IMG/VR virus record: IMGVR_UViG_3300024348_000021 | DNA: 20,000 nucleotides | Reading direction: 5' to 3' (one strand) | From: an uncultured virus (IMG/VR IMGVR_UViG_3300024348_000021) | Lineage: Duplodnaviria; Heunggongvirae; Uroviricota; Caudoviricetes | Part shown: positions 12,001 through 18,700 of the stretch, piece after piece | How positions within the stretch are numbered: the stretch's first letter is position 1 | Layout of the letters: every line of letters starts with the position of its first letter | The notes under the pieces: generated by a model | The model's input: only the letters and a program-made list of their open reading frames with translations | Databases searched by the model: none | What the model was told of the DNA's origin: nothing | Made by a program: the position numbers and the translations under genes

Positions 12001-12914
12001 ATAGCTGTGGTAGTTCTAAATCCTTTTCCTAATTTTGCAGCTGCTGCCAATTGAGCAAGTTCAGTTACTTTGAACATCTGAGCTTCTGTCTTACCAAGTC
12101 TTTCACCTAATTGTTCAAGTCTTCCTAATTGAGAAATTTGCGTTGCCCCTAATCCTCTACCTATAGCAGTCTCAGCACTAAATAATTTATTTAGATATAA
12201 TGAAGCCTTACCAATTTGGTTAGCTAATAGTGGAATCTCACCTATACCTTCTGTTACAGCACCTATTGCAATATCTTGTACAACAGCACCACCAACAGCT
12301 CCTAACATAAATCCTAGGTTGGGAATAAACTTCTCACCCCACCAATATGCATTTCCTTTCATAAAGGGAATAGCAGATAAGAAAGGATTCTCTCTAACAT
12401 ACTTACTAGCATAGTTAGGAAGATCCTCATTTATATTTTTTACCCAGTTATCAATAGACCCTTCATATCCATCTGGATCTCCTGATAACTCAGATAGATC
12501 TTTTGATCTTGCAGCATCTAATACATTAGGAAAGTTTGTTAAAGATTGAGCAAATGTTCCAGCTCCTATCAATCCCATCTTAGCAATACCATTACCTAAT
12601 ATCTTATACCAAGGTTGGCTCTCTGCATATACATCTTCTAAATCAGGCATGTTCCTATCATAGATAGGATAGCGTCTATTTGCATATATTTCAGCAGCAG
12701 AAATAGAACCAAAAGATTTACCAAATCCTTTTGGAGCCACATCTGGTAAGTTTATTATTTCATCAATACTTAATCCACGTTGTTTTTCAGGGCCATATAA
12801 AGCTCCTCCAATAGATAAATCTACTGGTTTTGCAGAACCTAAAACAGATTTAGGTGCACCTAATTCACTTAAGTAATCAGTATCTTGTATAGGTTCTTGC
12901 TCAGACATTGCCAT
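1..12914 (-). CDS. Giant multidomain virion RNA polymerase protein of a crAss-like phage (at least 4304 aa, 3'-truncated by the window edge)
   Basis: ATG at 12914-12912 lies 1 nt after the TAA of the upstream gene and reads MAMSEQEPIQDTDYLSELGAPK... Every block I translated by hand (parts of 12914-11760, 10400-6800, 4800-4140, 3340-2200, 680-3) is open in the same frame. An in-frame stop would have produced a listed ORF in the track and none appears. It contains GFRVPAQ...FLP...G..VVVP...AGSDFDIDKL (3320-3177), the signature of crAss-like virion RNAPs such as phi14:2 gp66. Confidence 0.93.
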   Translation of the reverse strand, partial: MAMSEQEPIQDTDYLSELGAPKSVLGSAKPVDLSIGGALYGPEKQRGLSIDEIINLPDVAPKGFGKSFGSISAAEIYANRRYPIYDRNMPDLEDVYAESQPWYKILGNGIAKMGLIGAGTFAQSLTNFPNVLDAARSKDLSELSGDPDGYEGSIDNWVKNINEDLPNYASKYVRENPFLSAIPFMKGNAYWWGEKFIPNLGFMLGAVGGAVVQDIAIGAVTEGIGEIPLLANQIGKASLYLNKLFSAETAIGRGLGATQISQLGRLEQLGERLGKTEAQMFKVTELAQLAAAAKLGKGFRTTTAILGSAMTEAGVESRNGYSMVKDELTNQYKLTHAGEEPTGDDLQQIENLSTNAMNTRFGINMALLTVSNSLQFNNLFKTMVGVPGSRAISGSLTQELEGLGKVGLKEGSLDVFEKKAATSVLGKVWESVRPTGANVFREGVFEEGGQFAAERGTYDYYTRKYKSDKYKEQWNGVNELINSTVYGLNEQFTSTEGLENMLIGGLTGLVVGGVQSGIDAKRGLSKDARLATATNVLNQVGITSTLQNNYDNTVTSAGIAKDMEEAAASGDVFKYKNLQADEFFNFVTSRLPSGMHDVTVEQLNMLKNLSKEQFESMFQLDFNSTNRATVSEYVDGMIAKSNDIKDTYETVNTTFKNPFKINYNADNIDSIVEANNYITFEKYKKDLTYFAAMPTLADSRIQSIQESVNKINPNITTDVLSQLTNNQGLAELAKFYEEKATSLKKTITDYTTPVDKKKINDQIKALRTRSELIAQALNTGKVDDKTFDSLLNFELNGQDATLGKSVASLHAQELMDYSVDINALEKRKKDASKAYDEMSTKEGFEKYFKEAEEMASDKDAVVNEEEKKEETAPTPETPKEPVKFRFNNANKQAENLEVDREYEMGKVYKTKINKLDDDRWQVVSPDGTYEILPSKEKAQERSDELTDEFNNLQKIKVLALNPDGSIKIEDVNGDIYDINPRKLSGFSRVQTDQEKLQKIANQLGAAQTRIEIKSGAVSTDDPSKEQQVKEPKKKRVDIFFISTVDSMDDGVAPSKTYQIRTRQFLNNIKNFSNRDNIKVMLVTPKQYKGLGLTTLDNVAYGQETFTPEEQAKLIDVDNGLVTAVYVEQEGSTLYYVDKDGKRLSKVDGTQADVNSLVFANMPTASLYYNYKDAQGNPVPRFKKGEEAEAEAYMEAWKKARADVFASDPNNPQLYSFSISRGMAVETPVDGKPETNHVGDNLIPEKKIKNQANVIVVSTTGIISHNGENYNIPKGRPMLQYGDTLQWLNNRKFTPDEAKSIFEALRLMSEDVQKKAKDGKDVEFNPLYANFLQNVLFWKKGADTKNNQMYIDDRTMDLYLGGKKYNFANLAISEKEIVSQLQNTFNTVNNDSVKKNDEEFTELYFEDKYLKDRQWPNYQSYLLSSKLPNGKGRSIKDTPLSTSVTKPSDRVPYNYRQKYVTLGGLELAVQKITKPVAPVAKGGATEIGGYKMDGTTTHTRELKALGNVTFTARLNSNGVPAVTVDTIENLESIVADPAKTAPYFDFLKNNKDASGKSLFDATRSEQELMYDFASIAIANQLNKMKNAETAPAAQPAPVVSNEKGFQGYKGGFENTGKGTVQGDGKDKAMRKVADGFIGESVSTNNKSFVTSTQRIENLKPLSSTDTSYKEIADKTGTNYEGLDNNPSLQSGNDDGIIMLARNSKFSGKGLQKSTKDAILKAKNNGAEFVVGDMPGVDIQFIDYLQEIGAKFTIYHTGATSRTTIVGLVDDIAPAPTVQENVEKLEQLEDTVDDAEEKALEDEINKQIAEKVNALGKTKAPKKRYREIAGLDVPRMTDAELQLFKEWHAKNAAGIPFEVLQRVMTTNDGRQAWGAFENGVAKFYKSAARGTEYHEIFHGIFGGFLSAEERQLIFDEFKSKSGKFKDRATGSMIYYEEATDQQAEERIADDFADFRLGKLPAKSIGERILKFFRSIIQFVREFVNKPSKKDELFKTIEAGRFKDTKLNPAVYNQLTQWSVIPGLDEPTTHESVQDVAARFFFEVFSKNMDLYNPKLLTSPEIFDTIKEEFAEEGKLDVLGEEGWSQLVKKSREFLRTFKIQFDENNVIVFNNDDNTNRDYAPEPFSVDWKKQSSFPIKITVGSLVLTVPTNQENALRLQMPDEVISGSAKGFMLLNFSRAFATILNKISNTSSIGKVVDKLLTLAKQDSNYVRLWSKLGGTIDKLGSENKETAIDYSKFQAHDWRLFINFYQTFTKQHPNARIQYVSDDEVYTGSAELSDAIDDVVEGWIEGIKALSKDSKSLIVLDKPNKVYKVGDLSNIEIKNPEQMVDFLSKIGVIFPIDVYNKLTTREKNVFGRAIGGLLTSLRSKSDILSSVTSKLLDIKGPLNAMGEMLVRVTNPNFDPTHINVEGERTNGYAENNNSSVFENEWREAGTLENLKQARPELNDPFSTNSLILKKDGLYIDEDGNIKRDLKVGYIQGTKDVDTDDGTSTSKLTLGNRYTQEINENVNGRFYILLPAESSTEWQMDLGINVPFKQFGTKIGWDTTYKIFQGYLKDDIALAKDADVRKKLKNIGNRAYDLRFFKDILSEDMLAKINTELVMKSASDEEVIAFIAENEEEINGSIKSYFDEYINDTIATLKEYGQVVPSANGKALAYPMLNSVFAKISGINRYNLTDEKLRNLIEYVNINYVISNIEFHKILFGDPYQFALKEGESEETKRIKSFLSPRRTTFDMPEYNEFLNNEFNKAGEIELTPDDLGYHKHKSHTNTVTIKEIYVEGGLMGRTKEADAQSWIMDTTNREVKLKNAQWTDEAEIFHQWQMAYTRNRMAAKGKYTYTNDTLKKQDAALIETPVPKYGVEVLKPIVTGNKLGKTYFELVLDKFSQLPLYYQAIEGTTLEGLYIKMWEEKIGYAILESGRKMGTTEAFDLYKDGKLNPEPFNNLVQVPWKAYGIQVETNYDVVKAQTRGSQPTKLVTVDLFDNGVPVSQRAKEATDRNNNILDLMHENAYNVLLERLGIEDLGTEFILANKQAVSNTLVYEMLRRELDENAKDTVQLDSKGEFPIPFEASPSYKQIKDILYSVVQKTMVSPKVNGGPKVQVSVTGWENLEKGRRLAIKTEDGYKEISREDYDKLSDEEKKKVVLTDDTLKFYTKDDPYMEIMLPHWFGDTLRKTTKYTTDEEIINYLNITEEGKSILRGIGFRVPAQELSSLVTFRVKKFLPQFMGESVVVPSEITTLAGSDFDIDKLNTYLKSIYIDVNGNIRLVKWLGSEEATKDFFRGVYKDTIQRDIDKIEEFEEFRSKLVDVLSKLERIEGAASPESLESALTPSELDFFYDRLSIFKAITDQAAQKDITAVDYMNKQIEDLSINKEKLTKDILSNSLREDYVKDMYKRSLENEYYDSMEELLTLPENFERLISPVNDAGLEKLSVRIGKLVNPKGDQVKNKILNRNFMTKLRHYFVTAKRWIGIAATNITSHSLFQKGQIYLNPERFFMLPQQDRKFIGDGSIILPHNKVKIGDKEYASLSGTKTADGKKQYISSRLSGYGTSFVDVANKPYIVELVTSDLSVGTFMFLERIGAGEYTGIFMSQPIIREYLKQLDSQNKKGLFSKFDIDSIKSNFVTTNKAIETARIDISNLEANIADYYAGNELGIERNAEQHAILNEFLKYAKLAEYNFDLTQAINYDTTRYRSGDTLFKKQVRTDITIARSPFSGIAELLDPENPKIFIAKQRHYLDLSMEGMGVILKLEQDQFRINVIDPLLKPYARNKYVGADDFERIANKLKASFLDYIIQTKTGFNSEINKLFVNPKTSVSAQLEEAKKISSNPILNDFKVISSPRPDGVMSVKLTVNIKGSAYDKNLYIGYMRQLRDTPSTNALYKDLVKMALLQGTYENGVSIASIIPIEDSSKYVAPIMAPLMYDESLDAFADGGFQRNNWKDNKVFKKFEPKFWLADEAPVDVQVNDFGDIIGDIYQYQSSDYFPNIDKFGLSTDRRILALSEEYDSFYLSNDYLLVPRVVQIKGGERVDMKTGLSITNYSYVERKNQGDMSLKNVYGYKKVYYDDGTPVTYQTTTYKGEVINKHVYKLINLRGDGRLVSEYYTDSRKSVLNNGTEKIENEISDDEIRIYFNELGEQNFVSSQSTEPYIQIPDYVTDEKLKNADGTKRFAQASKLGTITINPPKSVDEFFNYFEGKEGGPTSEQKAKVLNKLADKGYTIDVLKTILNSVDKITNFLVLHEKNHVENNDIDVYWKNGKDLLTDDKVDIETRATIAALDKLGGIPSVIDIEFEDVNTDDTEGSDNPTPCGT
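90..490 (-). other. Zincin-like (HExxH) metallopeptidase domain 2 near the C-terminus of the giant ORF
   Basis: NFLVLHEKNHVE (HEKNH at 215-201, aa 4234-4238), with a candidate third Zn ligand 25 residues later in the helix DIETRATIAAL (E at 128-126). It is preceded by strand-like KRFAQ...GTITIN and separated from the RNAP by a polar linker (EQNFVSSQSTEP). Confidence 0.7.
530..6800 (-). other. Single-chain two-barrel (DPBB) RNA polymerase region within the giant ORF (boundaries approximate)
   Basis: Catalytic DxDxD variant DFDID at 3197-3183 (aa 3240-3244), with the preceding R-x-P motif (R at 3314-3312). Beta-like barrel motifs lie upstream: EFHKILFGDPYQF, KRIKSFLSP, EADAQSW (DAQ 4550-4542), LKP (K 4331-4329), DKFS (K 4274-4272) and ESGRKMG. 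Downstream blocks AKRWIGIAATNITSH (~2530-2485) and ISSRLS...FVDVANKP (~2310-2250) resemble conserved blocks of this family as I recall them. Confidence 0.9.
6900..7420 (-). other. Zincin-like (HExxH) metallopeptidase domain 1 within the giant ORF
   Basis: AWGAFENG...GTEYHEIFHGIF (HEIFH at 7241-7227, aa 1892-1896), followed by AEERIADDF (EE at 7091-7086) and the amphipathic helix ILKFFRSIIQFV. This is the pattern typical of metallopeptidase domains in large phage virion proteins. Confidence 0.85.
7630..8110 (-). other. SLOG-superfamily (YspA/YpsA-like) nucleotide-binding domain, apparently circularly permuted, inserted in the giant ORF
   Basis: AEFVVGDMPGVDIQFIDYLQEIGAKFTIYHTG (GDMPGVD at 7727-7707) matches the SLOG hhhGxxxGhD loop-helix-strand. 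KDKAMRKVADGFIG (8045-8004) resembles the R/K-D/N-xxM-xxx-AD helix-strand that normally follows it but here precedes it. Pro/Ala linkers flank the domain on both sides. Confidence 0.65.
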
Positions 12915-12915
12915 A

Positions 12916-15624
12916 TTATTTCCAAGTTTTTTGTGCTTCTGTTATATTATCCTTATTCCAAAGACTCATTATTTGTAACATCTTTCCTTCTCCCTGATAT
13001 CCATCACTTAATTCTTTTCTTTTCCAACCATCTGTTTTAGGATCTTTTACATATCCAACAAATAAAAATTGATCTGTCTCTGATCTTCCTGTATTGTTTG
13101 GACTTCCAATAATATCATATCTAAATAAAGGAGCATCTTTAGCTTTTTCTAATTGAGGAAGATCATATCCTGAATATCTAGCATTCACTGCATTAGTAGG
13201 ATTGTCATCTGTTGCACCTGCTAAGTTTGTTGTCTTAGTAGGAGATGTATATATTAAATCTCTTATTTGATTAAATGGACTCACTTGTGTTGCTTGTGGA
13301 AAGTAGTTACGTAAATCTTCAGGAAGTACAGGAATTATTTCTACAGTAGTTCCTTGTGATACTATTATTTGTGCAGTGCCATCTCTAAACTTTTCAAGTT
13401 CCCAACCAACTTTTGCACCTCCTTCAGCACCACTTTTACGAGTGTTCCATAGCTTAGCTATATTATCAGCATTCCAATTTGGTTTTTGTTCAAGAGCATT
13501 ATATCTACCTACAGCTTTGGTCAAGAATTTATCAATGGCTAATTCATCACCTTTTACAAGGTCAGGAGTTAAAGTTGCCTTTTGTGAAACAGTACTTGGA
13601 CTTATACCTACCAAAGCTTCAGATTCATACTTAGGTATATTTCCTGTTTCACGTTTAACTATATCTGATGCTGTATTAAATTTATTTAAAGCATCTGTTT
13701 CACTAGCAGTTAAAGCTTTTCCTGTTTGTCTTTTTAAAAGAGGAGCTATTATTGAATAGTATTTACCACCTTGATAATTTGAAAAGAAATCATTTGCTCC
13801 TTTCACATCAAAAGTAGCAGGAATGCCAGGACGACCTGGTACACCATACTCTGATGTAGCAGCTGATGTATAACTTGGAACACCTTCTCTTTTATATTCA
13901 GCCATTCTAACAGCAACATCTGCTAGTTCTTTTGATGTAAACGTTTTTCCATTAATTACAACATCATTAGTACCAAGAGCATTTGCTGTTTTATCAATAG
14001 CTTTATCTAATCCTTTCTTCTCTGCATAGCTTATTGCATTTATTTTTGACTGAGCTGCATTATCTAATGCTTCAGCTTCTCTTATATATGCTTTTTGATT
14101 AGCAGTAAGATTCATTTGAGGATTCTTCTTATAGTTATTTAATAATCCCCCAAGAGCAGTTGTATATTGATTAGCCTGTTTTAAATCAGGAAATATATAT
14201 TTAGCCCATTTGCTATCTAATGTAGCCTTCTGTGATAATATATCTACTAAATCTTTTCTTTCGCTTCCCACTGTAGGGATGGCTTTACCTGTACCAATTG
14301 TTCCCTCAGTTACATCTAGTAAATTAGTAGGTGCAAGCTCTTGTGCTTTTACTAATTTTTCCCATGCAAGTCTATTTTGAGCATTTGTAATACTAGCCCA
14401 TCCTCTTCTACTTTCATCTTGAAACTGAAGTTGATCTAATTGAAACTTTTGTTTAGCTAACAGTGCTTGAGATGCAGGGTTAGCTACCCTTTCTTCTTCA
14501 TATGTTTTGAAAGATAACTCTTTAGCAAGACGACTGAAATGGTTATCTACATAAACATCATATTTAACTGTATCTAATCCTTGCTCATTAATCTTTTTAT
14601 CAAGAGTAGAAAGTTCTTCATTCATTTTTTTATCAAGAACTCCACCATCATACATGTCTGTCAAGTTCTTAAGAATTGCATTTCCTTGAGACTTTTGTGC
14701 ACTTGTTAATTTAGGATTTTGTAACTCAACAGCTAAATTAGTAATCTGTTCATTTAGCATATCCTTTTTTAACTTATATGTATCTAGTATAGAATCTTGA
14801 AAAGTTTTAGTGTTTGCTCCTTTAAACTTAGCCCAACTAGTAATCTTTAACTGTTCTACATCATCACTAGTTAAGTTATCAGTAAAGGTATCATATATCT
14901 GTTGAGCAGGTGTTCCTTTTACTTTGATCTTAAGCATATCAAGATCAAGTTGTTTCTCTCCTCCTTGTGAAGGATCTATAGAACTTATTGTAACTTTCTT
15001 CTTTGTTGTAGGATCTATAACAGTTTTAAAGTAAAGTGTTTCTCCTTTATCATTTCTTACAAAAGGATTATCAACACTTGTTGATGAAGGGTTCTTCTTA
15101 AGTTCTTCTGCTAATCCTCTAAGCTTCTTATCTACATCTGTATAGGGTGTATATCTTCCTTGGAAGGGAGTTTTTAAATCTGGATTAGTCATCCAGTTAT
15201 TTACATTAGATTCATAAAAATCTTCATTGTCTTTACCTGACTTACCTGCCTTTCTAGCAGCTTCTATTTCTGAATACCCTTTCTTAATAACACTTGTGGA
15301 ATATACAGCATTTTGAACTATAGGATCTTTAGCCACCTGACCTGTCATACCAGCAACAGAATTAACTAATTGTTGATTAGAGAAATCACCAGCAGCTACA
15401 GTCTTTAATCTGTTACCAAGCTCATTCATCTTTGATTCAAGATACTGCTTATGTTGAGGCTTAGCTATTTCTAGACCAGATACTCTATCAATATAGCTCT
15501 GAACTTTTCGTACACCTTGGTCATATTGGGCCTGTTTGGCCATACCAACCTGGGCCATGGCCTCAACTGGGAGTTCCTGGATGTAGGGGTTAAACTGTGA
15601 TATTTGATCTGTAAACGATGCCAT
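12916..15624 (-). CDS. Putative virion cargo/ejection protein (902 aa) directly upstream of the virion RNAP gene
   Basis: Long ORF from the track with a helical/coiled-coil N-terminal half (MASFTDQISQFNPYIQELPVEAMAQVGMAKQAQYDQG...). Its position between a glycine-zipper cargo gene and the RNAP gene matches the crAss-like cargo gene order. No catalytic motif recognised. The function call is inferred from synteny. Confidence 0.75.
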   Translation of the reverse strand: MASFTDQISQFNPYIQELPVEAMAQVGMAKQAQYDQGVRKVQSYIDRVSGLEIAKPQHKQYLESKMNELGNRLKTVAAGDFSNQQLVNSVAGMTGQVAKDPIVQNAVYSTSVIKKGYSEIEAARKAGKSGKDNEDFYESNVNNWMTNPDLKTPFQGRYTPYTDVDKKLRGLAEELKKNPSSTSVDNPFVRNDKGETLYFKTVIDPTTKKKVTISSIDPSQGGEKQLDLDMLKIKVKGTPAQQIYDTFTDNLTSDDVEQLKITSWAKFKGANTKTFQDSILDTYKLKKDMLNEQITNLAVELQNPKLTSAQKSQGNAILKNLTDMYDGGVLDKKMNEELSTLDKKINEQGLDTVKYDVYVDNHFSRLAKELSFKTYEEERVANPASQALLAKQKFQLDQLQFQDESRRGWASITNAQNRLAWEKLVKAQELAPTNLLDVTEGTIGTGKAIPTVGSERKDLVDILSQKATLDSKWAKYIFPDLKQANQYTTALGGLLNNYKKNPQMNLTANQKAYIREAEALDNAAQSKINAISYAEKKGLDKAIDKTANALGTNDVVINGKTFTSKELADVAVRMAEYKREGVPSYTSAATSEYGVPGRPGIPATFDVKGANDFFSNYQGGKYYSIIAPLLKRQTGKALTASETDALNKFNTASDIVKRETGNIPKYESEALVGISPSTVSQKATLTPDLVKGDELAIDKFLTKAVGRYNALEQKPNWNADNIAKLWNTRKSGAEGGAKVGWELEKFRDGTAQIIVSQGTTVEIIPVLPEDLRNYFPQATQVSPFNQIRDLIYTSPTKTTNLAGATDDNPTNAVNARYSGYDLPQLEKAKDAPLFRYDIIGSPNNTGRSETDQFLFVGYVKDPKTDGWKRKELSDGYQGEGKMLQIMSLWNKDNITEAQKTWK

Positions 15625-15638
15625 AATAATAATGTTAG

Positions 15639-15669
15639 CAAATGTAATTTAAAAATTTGGATCTACCAA
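15639..15669 (-). promoter_or_regulatory. Bacteroidota-type primary-sigma promoter (-33 TTG / -7 TAnnTTTG)
   Basis: The minus strand reads TTG (15669-15667), a 20-nt spacer, then TACATTTG (15646-15639). It lies in the only sizeable intergenic gap (86 nt), 14 nt before the ATG at 15624. Confidence 0.75.
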
Positions 15670-15695
15670 GAGCGATAATGATTTTTGTTAAATTG

Positions 15696-15716
15696 CTCTA
15701 ACTGAAATAGTTAGAG
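15696..15716. repeat. Perfect 8-bp inverted repeat (hairpin) overlapping the stop codon of the 1033-aa gene
   Basis: CTCTAACT (15696-15703), loop GAAAT, AGTTAGAG (15709-15716). On the minus strand it is followed by CAATTTAAC, a poor U-tract, so terminator function is uncertain. Confidence 0.55.
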
Positions 15717-18700
15717 ACTCTTTAATGCTTTTACGATAGAGCTATTCCTAGCTTTTGTCTTTGGTGTCTTCCCACCCTTCTTTTGATTATCAAAAGCACC
15801 ATCTAATTCTGACATAGAAGGACCACCAGCTGCCATCTCGTCCTTAGTTAATGTTCTAATTCCAACAGGTTCTCCTGTTACAGAGTCTATTGTAAATCTT
15901 TTGTTAGCTGGTAAACCTGCAGCTGAAAGACCACCCCTTCTTGAACCAGCACCTGATAGATCAAATTGAGCAGGAGCATTCATATTAATAGCTCTGCCAC
16001 TTGGGGAGAATCTGAATCCATACATGTTCTCCATAATAGCTAGCTTTCTATTAGAAGCTCTTTGTTTTGTAACCTTATCACCTATAGATTTAAGAGCTTC
16101 AATAGTTTGAGCTTTGGTATTAGACTTAGCTTGAGACTGTCTAACGTATTGTTGATCATTGATTGCCAAGTTTTTAAGCTTAGCATCATTTATAATAGCT
16201 CTGTTCTTATCATATACTCCCATTTTATTTGCCTGATTAACTCTATTTGATTCTCCAAATAACTTGTTCTTAGCTTCTATTGTTTGAGCCATAACTGCTG
16301 CTTGGGCAGCAGGATTATTACCAGCAGCTCTAAGAAAAGCTCTAGATTGAGAATCAATAGCATTAATTTGGTCATTGAAAGAAATGTCATATGGAGTATC
16401 CAACATTGGTTGAAACTGTTGAGCTTGTACAGGTTCTAACTGATTGTTAGCCAACGCATAGTACTCACCCATCAATTGATCAGGGTTTAAGTCTTCATTA
16501 GCATTAGAAGGTCTTAACCAAGGTTCTGCATAAGACAATGCTACTTTACCTATATCTCCTAATTTTTTCCAATCAATTGGTTTACGTTGCTTTTTATCTT
16601 TAGTATTAGTTTCAGCTTCCGCTTTGGTAAAAGGTCCAGGTAAGTCTGGCCATTCTAACAAGCTATAATCTATCTTTGGTTTCTTAGAAGAACTAACTAC
16701 AGCTTCTGGTAAATCTGTTGCACCAAGTCCCATGAATCCTGGTTTACTCATTCCTCTTTTCATCATCTCACGATCTGCATTATTTAATGAATAGTAATTT
16801 TTAAGAATCTCCATACGTTCAGGATAGTTAGGATCAAGCAATGCTTCATCATCAAGACCTTTAAGAGTTTCAATTCCTTCTTGAGCTTTCTTCATTTTCT
16901 TACCATTCTTTCCCATCATGCTTATATCTGTTTCTTTCTCTAACTTACCTTCAGCTAGCTTGTCACTTTTAACACCTAACTCATTAGCTGTTTTGTGAAT
17001 AGAGTCTTGTACTAACCCTGCTTCTTTAATTTTGTCAGCATTAATCTTTTGTTGTGCTTTTGCACCCATAAGATTAGCCATACCAGAATTCATACCTAAT
17101 TTATCATATGAACTATTTCCATCATACTCTTCAATTAAGTCAAGTCCTTTTTGAATAGTCTTTAATTGCTTTGCATCATTCTTAGCTACGTCAGCTATGT
17201 ATGTTTTAAACTTCTTACCCTTTGCTTTTGGATCTCCCATAAGGTCTGCTATTTCTTTATTAATTTTAATGTTACCAAACACAACAAGGTTCTCTTTAGA
17301 TCCACCACCTTCTAGGTTATTGCCATCTTCTGAGCCATTGTCTTCTAGAACAGTAAATGGTTCACCACCTTCTACCTCTACACCATTCTCACCATACTGA
17401 GTTTGTATGCCACCATTGTCATGAGATGCTCCTCTGAACATTCCTATCTCACCACTAGGTAAGTTAGGATTGTATGATAAGGTCTCAGCATATCCACCTT
17501 CTCCTATTTGTAACTCTCCACCTAGTGCCATCTTTGAACCATTTTGAGCTTGAGGCATATCTGGTCTACCAGTGTATAATGCTTCTGCACTAGGAGCTGT
17601 ATACCCCACTTGTGCAATGTGTCCACCAGCTCTTAACATGTCTGCATCATGTGGAGGTTTCAAAAGATCTTTAGCACTATACTCACCAAACTTAGTGAAT
17701 GTCTGTGGCTGCCAATCATGACTAATCCATCCACCATTCTTTACATTTGCATTAAGAGGACCTTGAGATCTGTTCTCCATGAACCCCATCATACTTGTAC
17801 TCATTGCAGTCTTGTCTTTTTGTTTTTGTAATTCTCTAGCTTGTTTAGCACCACCTGCTAAATTACCAAAGAATGTACCAGCTAATCCACCAACTGCACC
17901 ACCCAATGGTCCAAATAAAGCAGTACCAGCTGCTGTACCTACAGCACTACCAATTTGTGCTTGACCAGAATCTTGGAAGTATTCTCCAAACTCTGCTTTA
18001 GGTATATCACCACCACGTCTGTATTGTTTGTATGTTTCTTCTAATGGTTCAAATCCAAGATCATTGTACATATCACCAGGATTGTACATGTTCTGAATCT
18101 CTGTAGGATTGCCACCAATCATTGTACCATTCTGAGCTTGTAAATAGTTTGTTTTATTACCATAAGGATTACCTAATTGTCCTGGTTGCACTTTATCATC
18201 TTCTGGTCTTACATATTGATTCTTAGGTCTTTCATTAGTTTGTTGAGCTGTCAAAGCAAGTCCTGATAATTGAGTAGCTTGTTCTGCTTTCTTCTTAGCT
18301 TTCTTTTGTGCACCAATTGCTTCGATACCTCCTATTATTGCTGGCAATGCTCCTAGAGCTGCCATACCTGCACCAGCAGCATCAAACCCACCAGCTTTAG
18401 CACCTGAATTAATTGCATTCTTACCTAACAACTGATCAGCAGAAGGAGTGGCAAACTGAGCTGACATATCAGATCCCATCTGTTGTCCACTCATCTTAGC
18501 CATAGATGCATTATTAAAAGCATCTCCCACTTGCTTCATACTACCATCTGGATTCATCCCAGCTTGATTTGTTCCTTGAAGATAATTATTAAAGTTTTGT
18601 GGTTTCTTTTTCATTCCTATTCCATACTGAGCAATAGGAGGATTGCCAAAGTCAGTCAACTGATGTAATTGGTCATTAACCATTTTACTACCCATGGCAG

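Noticed and set aside
1..12914. Possible stop-codon reassignment (TAG/TGA recoding known in some crAss-like phages) or non-coding DNA explaining the empty ORF track
   Set aside because: The frame is open under the standard code wherever I translated it, and its absence from the track is explained by the missing stop at the window edge. The three visible stops are all TAA, so recoding is neither needed nor testable here.
15680..15716. Rho-independent terminator call for the hairpin
   Set aside because: The stem is AT-rich and lacks a convincing U-tract on the coding strand, so it is reported only as an inverted repeat.
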